From assembly GCA_051362555.1 (NCBI GenBank), contig CM120640.1, positions 49,578,788 to 49,642,787 on the forward strand: a stretch of DNA of 64,000 nt, written 5' to 3'. The translations under genes were made by a program, and so were the position numbers. A model generated the notes under the pieces. The model was not told where the DNA came from. It searched no databases and saw nothing but the letters and a program-made list of their open reading frames with translations. Source of the stretch: Lingula anatina (lineage: Eukaryota; Animalia; Brachiopoda). This document shows positions 42,001-53,020 of this stretch, in pieces (position 1 is the stretch's first letter; every line of letters starts with the position of its first letter).

Positions 42001-45000
42001 ACACATAAGCAGTAATAAATGAAGTCATAAGAATGATTAAGTTGCTACAGTTTTCCAGTTTTATGCAGTCTATGATGGCATTTTTTTCAACCGTGCAAAT
42101 AGAAATAATTATATTCTTCTTTATCTGACTTGCTGATACCAGTCTGTGCCAGATACTATTCCACTTACAGGCCAGCAAGGTCTGAGAATCTAATGGGCCG
42201 AATGAAAAAAAAAAAAAATCCTAGAAGATAAAGTGGTTAATTCTTACAAATAGGATAAAAAACATGGGATTTTCAAAAGGTTATTATAGATCAAGACAAT
42301 ACTTAGTAAGAACATTTATAAAATGTAACAGCTGAAAAAATTAACTGGTAAGTAAGCAGTAAGTGACTGCTTTAAAGAAATTTCACTGAAACAGACATTT
42401 CACTGGCAATCAGGTAGACTGTTATACCATGGCACTCAACAATTTATATATAGGTTTTGAATTTTTTTCCACGTAACAATAACATAAAATTTATGTCCAC
42501 TTTTGCAATGTATAGAGTCAGTTAGGTGACTGAAAATATTTTAAAATGTCATAAAGGAGCACTATTAATTTAATGCAATCTCTGTTGGCCAGTCTTATCC
42601 AGTTTCTTCTCCAAAAAGGACAACTCAAGTGAGAATTTCTTCAGGGCCTTTTCTTCTGCCTTGCTAATGCCATGCCACTCAGAAAAGAGAGAAACCTGTA
42701 GGTTAGAAAAAAAAAAACATAATAATAGCATTATGAACTACTAGTATCCATGTAGACATTATGGAATTACGCAGTGAAGTTTAATGTGTCTTGTTATGAC
42801 TTGACTGAAATAATGTTCACCACATAAATGAACAATTTACAACTTAATTTATATAGAACATCAAGATTCATGATCAAAAGCTAATAACCCCAAGAAATTG
42901 AAAGAAATTGTACTTATTACAAGAAATTATTTAAATCCGCCCTGGTTCCTACTCTTCTGACAGGACAAAAAGGGGATTTCAGAGAGGCTGGTTGCTAAAA
43001 GGAAAATGCCCAAGGTTGTTGTATTTTGAAAAAAAAATTAAAAAGGGTACTGTTGTTAGTGAATGTTTAATGCATCTTAGGCATTATGACAAAAGTAACT
43101 TACCCCAGACACACTGACCTCCTTTTTTCATTGACATATTTTAATTTTTTCCAGCCTGACCATAATTCATATATTCACTGCAGCCTTCTCCCATATCTAT
43201 AATAGAAAAAAAGAACTTGAGTAGTGTTAAGATATGCATGTCAAATTCATTATCAATTTTGAGAGAATTTCTGTTTCAACACTACAAGATGAAATATTTA
43301 ATTTCAAGTAATGAATAAACCTTAATAGAGTTCTATTCTTTTGTAACCACCAAGGCAAAGCTTCTTTCTTAAAATGAACTGAAACATCCAAGCTTGCCAC
43401 CTAACATGCCAAAGTAGTGAAGTATAATTTAGTAGAGAAGCAAGTACCCCTTAATTATAGAGGTGTCTTACACAATAAGGTGTGTCTTACACACCTTGAC
43501 TCAAAGAGAGATGTGTAGTGAGATAACAGGTAAAGTAATTGGTGGAGCCTAGGTGAACTTAAAACCTTAAGACTTTAAATTAAGAAGCACCAGGATTCAT
43601 GTGTGTTCTTTTTTCAAAGGTTTAATATGAATTAAAACATATATATGTAAAAAGAAGACTAAATAAGTTAAAAATAACTATGCCAAAGACACTGTGAAGT
43701 CAAACTTCCTGTTAGACCGCCATGATGGAAAATGCTGGGTGGAGGCAAAATTTTCCAGTCAAAAAAACTGAGCACTTTACTTTAACAACAAAGTTACCAC
43801 TCCAAAGCCACCCACCATGGTGAGAAGAAAAATGATGACCAACTGTCATGATAAGTCTTTTTAGATTTAAACATGAAAAAGGTAAAGGCCAAAATGGTAC
43901 ATTTACCCATAACACTAGAGTAAAAAATTGGTATTCTGAACAAATCAGGTTATTTTTTTCAAGAAATATTGGAGCAGTATCCATGCAATATATACCACGC
44001 CACGACCAAGATGTTCAAGAATCTAAACACACCAATTTTTTTTATAATCTTGCATTTGAAAAGTACAAAAAGCGGTAAGGCTTTTGGCCGTAACAAGCGT
44101 AACACTTTTTGATCGGAACTCATGAAAATTGTCAATTGTCGTATCCAAGCTAGACCACATGTAAAATCGCAAAAAAAAACAATACTGCTCAAGCAAGTGT
44201 GTTGCACACATAACAATTAGTTAAATTTTATGACTGTCATGTGACACAAGTTTCAAAAAGTAGGAGGAAAATGTCTTTTGGAGTAATTTTTTTTCGAAAT
44301 ATTAACAAGATGGCGGCTTAAGCATCTGCTTGTTATTCGGCTACTGAAAGTGCACCTAAGTTTTATTCTTTGCTATTGCCACAAATTACTTAACAATTGC
44401 AACTGTATAAAGACCAAACTTTCTTCATCTGATACTATATTTATAGGCACTTGTTATGAGTGGGAAATATTTTTCGTGCAATATTTATTCTCCACACACC
44501 ACCTCGCGAGATCAACGTGTAGCTGGACACTTACACAGTGAGACCCTACGACATAAAAGTTGCAATTTATCTTCATATTTCGTGTAGTTATGCATTTAAA
44601 AGCACTTACCTGTTTTTTGAAAACCTTGTCCAACGTAATATCATATAAATTCTGTATTTCTCTCATTTTTTAGAAACTTGGGACTCCGTTTCTGTTTCTG
44701 TCCTCAAAAATCAACAGACAAAGGCACAGATACTAACAAACGAGATTTAAACGAGAGCAACAATTAAGCGTAACAGAGATAGGCATCCATTGTTCTCTGG
44801 GTTCTATTCATTCCGACCAATGAGAGACCGTAATACGGGCTCCGCCCCCACGCGTGTAATCTCCTTCTGTTATAACTCCTTGTATATACTTAGGGTGAAC
44901 TGCGTATGCAGTTAAGACCAATTTTATCCCGTGACAAGTTAAACAGTAGCTTATTACAAAGGCCTGCTAACTCAATAGTCCAGGTAAATGATTCAACCCG

Positions 45001-47446
45001 CCAGACACAAAAGGTCAAGCACTGCTTTTGCAAAATCTTCTGCTGTAAACTTCCTGATCACAGATAACGATCGGCAGTTATGTTAAGGCCGATTTTATAT
45101 CTCTTAACCAGGTGTGCAGCGGCTAATTACAAAGGCCTGTAAAAGAAATCGACCAGGTAAATAACTCATCCTTACTGACCCATGTGGTCAGGCACTGTGA
45201 AGTATGATATCTTCGGACAAAGTCTGCCAACTCTTACATAGAAGTCAGTGCGATCCGCCATGTTAACCGATTTGTTTTACCCCAGATGCCGGTTGCTAAG
45301 GCGCGTGACGTCAGCCCGACTGTCCCTATTAAAAATATCTTAATTCTCACCACCAAGCCAGTTAGAGAATGCTATAAAATGATAGAACTGAGTCTAATCA
45401 CACCAATTACAGTAGATGGTGTCTAAATTCACTTAAATTTGAAATTTTGACAGTTACACCCTTGATAGATGTCTTTTATATCCAAGGTATTGTAAAGTTC
45501 ATGTTCTAATAATAACCTTTCCAAACTAGAGGATCAGAGAGGCGATACCGCCTCTGGATATTGTACCACCAGCTGGAGTAAGCACATTCGTAAGGACACC
45601 CCCCCAAAAAAAAATAATAAAAAAAAATTGGACACCACCACCAGTCTTGTGCTTGACAAGCTCTATAAAATGCAATAAACAAGAGTTCTCAAAATATGCA
45701 CAAAAAAAAAAAAAAAAAAAAAAAAAATCAAAAAAACATAACAGTTAAAATGGTCCAATCAAGGAGATGTTCAAATTGACCTATATTTTCCTAACACTGA
45801 TCACTCCTGTGATTTTCTAGACAATAGGCCTATTGGTTTTCCTTGGAAATGCATTATCAGTATTGCATATACCGGTATGCTGACAAAAGAGAAAACCTAG
45901 GGACAACACTGAGCAGATCTCTGCTAGTTTTGAAGATATGAAGGGCACGAAAATATGCAGAGTTCAGTTTGTGGTAAAAAGGTAGGTCAAAGGTCAATTT
46001 CAAGGCCACAGTATATGACTTCCTATAAAGGTTCAATAGTAGCTATGGGCATTTCTTTACCAATGTTGGAGATATGAAGGCCAGGAAACATGCAAAGTGC
46101 AGTTCAACATAAATAGTAGGTCAAAGGTCAATTTCAAGGTCACAGTAAGATTGCCAGTTTATGACTTTCTATTCAAGTTCAATAGTAACTTTGGACCTAT
46201 CTCTGCCAGTTTTCGAGATATAAGGGATAGAAAATTTGCAAAGTTCAGTTCATGTTGAAAAGTAGGTCAAAGGTCAATTTCAAGGTCACAATAAGAATGC
46301 CAGTATATGACTTCCTATTCATGTTTAACAGTAACTATGGGTGTATCTCTGCCAGTTTTGGAGATATAAGGGCTGGAAAATTTGCAAAGTTCAGTTCATG
46401 GTGAAAAGTAGGTCAAATGTCAATTTAAAGGTCACAGTTAGATTAACAGTATATAACTTCCTATTCAAGTTCAATAGTAACTATGGGCGTATCTTTGCCA
46501 GTTTTGGAGATATAAAGATCAGAAAACTTCAAAGTGCAGTTCATCATGAAATGTAGGTCAAAGGTCAATTTCAAGGTCACAGTTAGATTACCAGTATATG
46601 ACTTCTTACTCAAGTTCAATAGTAACTATGGGCATATCTCTGCTAATTTTGGAATATTTATCATTTTCCCCACTGAATATTGCAATGTTGTAATTTTTGA
46701 TATAGCGCAATGCCTAAACCATATCGAAAACAAAAAAATGGACACCACCTCCAGTATTGCACTTGACAAGTTCTACAAAATGCGATGAACAAAAGGTTTC
46801 TGGCATTTACCATTCCAGAATAAAAACAAGTTTTCAGTTTCGGGATCTAATGGCTGCTTCTCCCGTGAAAATGCACCGATTGACCCCAAACTCCCAAAGA
46901 TGAAAGGAGTCCCCAATTGTAACCCCTCACTGTAACAGGAGAGCTTAGATCTGTGTAGTTTCCAAAAAATAGCACAAACAAATATTTTTTTGCAGAAAAT
47001 TCCCATTTTTTAGAAAATTTTGGCTTGTTTGACCTTGAAAAAAAGGTCAAAAGTCAAATCCAAGGGCATATTTGGAATCTCCACATATGAGTTTCGGTCA
47101 GACTTCTGTAGTAATTTTTCCCATAATTCCTTTGGTTTGGGAGATATTTAGCTATGAATTTTCAAAAATTTTGACAAGGGTGCGTTTCAACAAGTGTCAC
47201 GCCCAGGCCAATGCACCGACAGAGATAAAAAAAACAGGGTGTTCAAGTTGAGATTATATGTGACCTAAATCCAAGAGATGGGGACACAGGTCCTGGCGGT
47301 CTAGGAGGAGAAGCGGTAACGGTGACTTGTTTCCGGCGCCCGACTGCGGAGCCGCAGGAGCCGGCGGAGCTGTACGAGACGGGTCGGGACTAAAACCATG
47401 AGTACCGCCAGCGTATACGCTGGTGGTACTAATAATTAGATCTATG

Positions 47447-47487
<41 letters not shown>

Positions 47488-49169
47488 TTAGTACACAAAG
47501 CTCACTGTTACAGGTATTCGTATTCATGGTTGGAGCAGTCCAGTCTGGTGTTACTCTGTCCAAGGATTGTTAAAAGCTGTATTTGAATATCAGGACAAGG
47601 AAATACAGAAAAGCTGTTTACAGAACTTTAAGGTAGGGTGGAAAAAAAAGGGAAAGTGACATGTCCATGGCACAGTGCACAGCTCTGAGTTTTATGGTAT
47701 GAGTAGACTTTGTACTGTCATGTGTTGTTTCAAGGAAAGCCCTTGTCTTCATGCTCAATAAATACAGTCATGATTTATGCATGGCTAGGTTAAAGACTTG
47801 AAGGGATATCTAAATGTCCAGCATTGTTATTGTTGTTGGATGCATCTGTACAACTTACTATACAGGAACACAGTGATTGTTTGTTCCCTCTGGCTAAATT
47901 AATCCAAACACTATGTCAAACATCACCCATAAATTGTGCTCTCACTTGAGAAAAAACTGTCCCTCAAAAAGCCACCTGTTTATTTTGTGTATTCATATTC
48001 CATCACAGAAGTGGCATACCTTATTTTGATTGACCTTGTTTGCTATCTGACCTGCATTATTTAAACTGCAAGCCTGAGAGAGAGTAATAAATTTGTTAAA
48101 TTGATTGTTGTTTGTATTGCAGGATATGTGGATGCAAACTATTGACCTGCCACCACTACCAGACTCTCTGATCCTGGAATATGATAAAAATTACTCAAAT
48201 TCAAGCAATGGAGCCTACAGTGATCCAAACAGAGAAGTCACAAGTGAACCATATAAAGAGCACTGCAATAAAGCATCTGAAGTTTCTGGGAGAACAGTTG
48301 ACAATGATAAAGACAAGTACAAAGATACAGACACTATGGAAAAATCTCCCCTTGAGCAAGTAGGGAAAGAAGATCCAGGTGCAGAGACATTAAGGGCATT
48401 ATCAGTGGTGGGCAGGTGTGTACTCCACAACAAGAAACTATTCAAGACAAACCAACAGGCATTTCACATGTTAGATATATTAAGCAAGGTAACACAGGTA
48501 TTGCAGCATAGCAGATCTAACTCTAACAATGAATTTGACCTCTCAGATGGATTTCCTTTCCATCTTGTTGAGACTTATCTCAATATCATTCAGGATAAAT
48601 GTGTTAGCGGTAAGTTTCAGAATAAATTCTCCGTGCCTCTTCACAGGAATGTAGCCCTTTGTGTTGTCGCAGAATGGCTTGGAAAAGAATACTATAGATT
48701 GCAAAACAAGATATGTGAGGAAGTAGACAAGTTTAAAATGGCACATATTGACTGTATTGATAATTTACCACCCCCAGTGAAGCTTGTCAAGTCATTATTC
48801 CCACATTGCATGATTCTTCTGCTTCAAAACTGGATGGCAGGAAGTGATCCCCCAAAAAGGGAGCAGATACAAGACCAGATGGTACAGTGTGAAACAGCAG
48901 CAAAGTCAAAGGTCAGTGATCAGCAGAACATGTCAGATAGTAGTGAAGAAAACTTTCAAACGAGCTCTTCTCCAACAGAACCACATATTAAGAGACGCAA
49001 ATGCCAAGAAGAATATGGACAATGTAGAGACTCAGATAGAAATGAAAGGAGTGATTCTGTCAATGTAGACTCAGCATTTCCTTTTATTCAGTTAATTTTG
49101 GAATTCACAAACAAAGCTTTGATATCAGGGGTTGCACATGTGGTTTACTCAAGGATGCTTCATATGTGA
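39013..49169 (+). CDS. Uncharacterised protein (~446 aa), exons 39013-39187, 47514-47632, 48123-49169
   Basis: Phase 1 and phase 0 GT-AG junctions give a stop-free product: MGLLQTKF...LLFLATDVLQVTGCEQPAKNF...KVQLK/GIRIHGWSSPVWCYS...NFK/DMWMQ...EWLGKEY...LPPP...LFP...FPFIQLILEFTNKALISGVAHVVYSRMLHM*. The start codon is uncertain. Confidence 0.72.
39337..45327. mobile_element. 6.0-kb element with ~270-bp imperfect TIRs and AT flanks (ISL2EU-like), non-autonomous
   Basis: AT|AGGGACAGTCGG ... CCGACTGTCCCT|AT; 39337-~39610 is the reverse complement of ~45050-45327 with scattered mismatches; no transposase ORF visible. Confidence 0.75.
40989..44882. mobile_element. P-superfamily-like non-autonomous transposon (3.9 kb) nested in the ISL2EU-like element
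   Basis: Perfect 31-bp TIR CAAGGAGTTATAACAGAAGGAGATTACACGC; 7-bp TSD TATATAC (40982-40988, 44883-44889). Confidence 0.85.
45525..47433 (-). mobile_element. Non-autonomous Helentron/HINE-like element, copy 1
   Basis: subTIR GTACCACCAGC near both ends; terminal stem-loop GTACCGCCAGCGT..ACGCTGGTGGTAC; short palindrome GAGGCG..CGCCTC; ACTAG terminus; central tandem array; homologous to 49652-51377. Confidence 0.82.
45905..46655. repeat. Central satellite-like array, ~146-bp monomer, ~5 copies
   Basis: TAGGTCAAA anchors at 45983, 46117, 46263, 46409, 46554 (spacings 134, 146, 146, 145). Confidence 0.9.
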
Positions 49170-49292
49170 TTTATTCCTTCAGTGTGTGTTATTAATTATC
49201 TTCAGTTGTGTGTCTTATTGTCATAAGTCTTACAAGGCTTTTTATGGCAAGTTGTATGAAATTCATATATGAAAAGAAGTAGATGTAGTTTA

Positions 49293-49537
49293 GACTGCAT
49301 TCCCATAGATTTAGATCGAACCATCTAGATCGACCTAACTCCCTAGGGGTTCACACTAAATTGCCAGCTCAAGAGGCTTAAATGTCTGTCAAGCCTACTG
49401 AATCAGCTAGGGTAAAGATAATTACCCCCTAACAGCTTTACTAGGCGTGACAGACATTTAAGCCGGCCAAGTTGAGAGCAATTTAGTGAGACTCCCCAGG
49501 GGGATAGATCGATCTAGCTATCTGTGGGAATGCAGTC
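49293..49537 (+). mobile_element. MITE family A copy 2 (245 bp)
   Basis: TTA|GACTGCATTCCCATAGAT ... ATCTGTGGGAATGCAGTC|TTA: TIR plus TTA TSD. Confidence 0.88.
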
Positions 49538-49651
49538 TTAGTCTGCATTATTAGAAGTATGTGTTTTTTTTACTTTCATTAGCCTATTTAGGTGACGACT
49601 GAGCAAGATATTTTGCATTGATCCAAAGTGAATCACCTTACTCTATAAAAT

Positions 49652-51377
49652 TATTGTACCACCAGCGTTGGCGCTGGCGGTACACATGGTTTTAGTCCCG
49701 TCCGGATCGTTCTGCCGGCTCTGCCACCATGTTACCGTTACCGCTTTTCCTCCTAGACGGTGAGGGCCTCCGTACCCATCTCTTGGATTTAGTTCACCTA
49801 TAATCTCAACTCATTCCACGTAAAATTTGGGCTTTGTCGGTATTGGGGTCTAGGTGTGGCACTCATTGCAATGCACCCTTGTCCAAAAATGGCAAAATTA
49901 AATGCTAATTATCTACCCTACGGAAGGAATTTTGGGAAAATTTTCTACAGACGGCTTTCCAAAAGTCATATGTGTAGATTTCAAATATGCCCTTGGATTT
50001 GACCTTTGACCTTTATTTCAAGGTCAAACGGGCCAAAAATTTCAAAAAAACGAAATTTTTTATGAAAAAAAATTATTTGCGCTGTTATTCAGACACTACA
50101 CAGACTTAACCAATAATATTATTGGAAAGTGTTACCCTTCAGGTCATCCTTCATCTCCGTGAATTTGGGGTCAATCGGTGCATTTTCACAGGAGTAGCGA
50201 CCATAAGATACCGAAACTGAAAACTGTCTCTAATTCGGGAACCGTTAATGCTAGAGACCCATTCTTTTTTGCATTTTGTAGAGCATGTAAAGCCCAACAC
50301 TGGAAGTGGTCTCCGTTTTTTTGTATTCCATACGGTTTTCTAGTTAAGCTGTATCAAAAAGTACATATTGGTGGTGAAAGCAAAATGTGCAGTACAGTAA
50401 TGGATAATAAATTTTGAACCTCGGGGAAAATAAAACATAAGGCTTGGCGAGGCAGACAACATCTGGTCAAAAATGACATTATTTCATGAAATTTGAACAT
50501 CTGGAACTTCTGAGCACATTTCAAGAATTTCAACCAAAATGACCTTTTCTTTATTTAAATTAATTTTTTCTGTAGGAAATTTATGGCACATTATTGTAAC
50601 TCCAAAATTATAACATTTAGTCCCTTATATCTCCAAAACTGGCAGAGATAGGTTCATAGTTACTATTGAACTTGAATAGGAAGTCATATACTGGCAATCT
50701 AAATGTGACCTTGAAATTGACCTTTGACGTACTTTTCATTATGAATTGAACTTTGCAAATTTTCGTTCCCTTTTATCTCCAAAACTGGCAGAGAGGTCCA
50801 TAGTTACTATTGAACTTGAATATGAAGTCATTAGAGGCAATTTACTGTGACCTTAAAATTGACCTTTGACCTACTTTTTACCACGAACTTAACTTTGCAA
50901 ATTTTGGTTCCCTTTTATCTCCAAAACTGGCAAAGATAGGCCCATAGTTACTATTGAATTTGAATAGGAAGTCATATACTGGCAATCTAAGTGTGACCTT
51001 GAATTGACCTTTGGGCTACTTTTCATCATGAATTGAACTTTACAAATTTTGGTTCCCTTTTATCTCCAAAACTGGCAGAGATAGGTCCATAGTTACTATT
51101 AAACTTGAATAGGAAGTCATAGACTGGAAATTTACTGTGATTTGAAATTGACCTTTGACCTACCTTACGATGAACTGAACTTTGATTGTACCATTTTTAG
51201 TTATATATATTTTTGCATATTTTGAGAATTCTTGTTGATTTTTTACAGCTTGTCAAGCACAAGACTGGTGGTGGTGTCCCTTTTTTTGTGTGTGGGGGGG
51301 GGGGGTCTATACGAATGCGCTTACTCCAGCTGGTGGTACAATATTTGGAGGCAGTATCACCTCTCTGATCCTCTAGT
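49652..51377 (+). mobile_element. Non-autonomous Helentron/HINE-like element, copy 2 (inverted relative to copy 1)
   Basis: 5' GTACCACCAGCG..CGCTGGCGGTAC hairpin; ~145-bp array at ~50620-51185; 3' GCTGGTGGTAC plus palindrome and CTAGTT. Confidence 0.82.
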
Positions 51378-52149
51378 TATTATTTGTCTTTCCATTTAGT
51401 CAACCTGTCTGCAAATCTTTGTCAATCAGAGCCTCCTTGCCCCAGGTCCAGTCTAAAGAAGCTGTGTTATTGATCATATATTGGTAAGGTTTGGTGCACA
51501 ACATCAAAAATGCATGCCAAAAAGAGTTTTATTTAGTGCTGGCATGTTAATGCACTTTGCTTTAGAAAATATTGATAAAAGTAATACAAATGAATCGATT
51601 TGGGGCAGGGGGTTATTCTGTGTACACAGTCGTTTTTGGTCAATTCTTCAACAATGCTCCTTGCATCATTTTCCTTTTGAATACAATAAGAAATAGAAAT
51701 GTAGATGCCAACAGTGTGTTTAGGGGTCACAGTTTTTATATTGTGTATCCTTCTTCCTGTATCAGCTTGTATTAATAAGTACTGTAGTCCTATTTTCATC
51801 CCTGATGTGTCAAAAAAGAACACCAGATTTTTTTTTCATTCTATCTAATGCTTTTCATTCACATCTAAAATTCATGCATTTGTTTTTTACATGAAATGAG
51901 TTACAGGATATTTATTTGATGTGCATTATAATATGACTAATTTTACTTCATAAACTTCTTTTTAAGATACACTAAAAGTGGGACTCATTTTCAGTTCTTT
52001 TTTTTTTTATTATTCACCAACTGTATAAAAATGAATATATTTTTCCTCAACCAAGAGGATTGCATTTAGTTGATATATAATATGGTCTTAGGAGCTATTT
52101 ACTTGAAATACTAGTATGTACATTATATCAAGGTAAACTCGGAACACAT

Positions 52150-52950
52150 GAATGACTCATAATTGGACATTTTAAAAATGACATATGGGCAAAGTGAAAG
52201 AATAATGGCGCGAAATGCATGAGTCACAATTATAGATGTATGTGAAAAATTGTTTCTGGCTTTAATATCCATTAAGGCGCTCTACTTTGTGAGAGGAAAG
52301 GTGCACATGATCATCTCATCTGTGTATTGCCAAGACCTATATTATTCAGATGTTGATATAGTATAACAAAATTAAAAACCATTTCAAATATTTAAAATTT
52401 GTTTTTAACATATATGAATATGGGAAATGGAGTCTTGTTGACAAATGCTCTAGACTGCCAAAGATAATCTAATCTAATTGCTAACTGATTCTTTATCCAA
52501 TCAAGGAAGTAGAATTCACTTCCTTGTTCCAGCCATCAGGGAATAGAAAGTCAAGTGACTTGGAGCACTTAGACTGGGTTCCCATTCTTAGATCGATCCA
52601 TCTGGATTGACCTAACTCCCCGGAGGTTCAGTCTAAATTGTTATCAGCTTAAGAGGCTTAATGTCTGTCACGCCTACAGAATTAGCTAGGGGTAAAGATA
52701 ATTACCCCATAACAGCTTTACTAGGCATGACCGACGTTTAAGCCGGTTAGTTTGATGGCAATTTAGTGAGACTCCCCAGGGAGATGGATCGATCCAAATA
52801 TCTGTGGGAATGGTCCCTTACTCATCGAAACTGAAACCCTGGGCTTTATTTATGGTCAGGTTAAACAAGTATGTAAATAAAAAGAGTCACGAGCTGTATT
52901 GTAAACGAGTCAGGTGACGCTGAGTCTCAAAGTGAAACCTGGGAATTTCG
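52150..52950 (+). promoter_or_regulatory. Immune-type motif cluster upstream of MPEG1
   Basis: AP-1 TGACTCA (52153) and TGAGTCA (52220); IRF-type AAAGTGAAAG (52191), GAAACTGAAAC (52827) and AAAGTGAAAC (52929); inverted ETS cores (52502-52526); kB-like GGGAATTTCG (52941). Confidence 0.6.
52572..52817 (+). mobile_element. MITE family A copy 3 (246 bp)
   Basis: TTA flanks; colinear with copies 1 and 2. Confidence 0.85.
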
Positions 52951-53020
52951 TTGCTAATAATGGACGAGGTAGACAGAATAAAAACAAGCCGCGATTAATA
53001 GAAGAAAGGAGATCTCGAAA

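Noticed and set aside
46341-46788. ORFs of 71 and 84 aa with repeated peptides
   Set aside because: Translations of the 146-bp satellite monomer.
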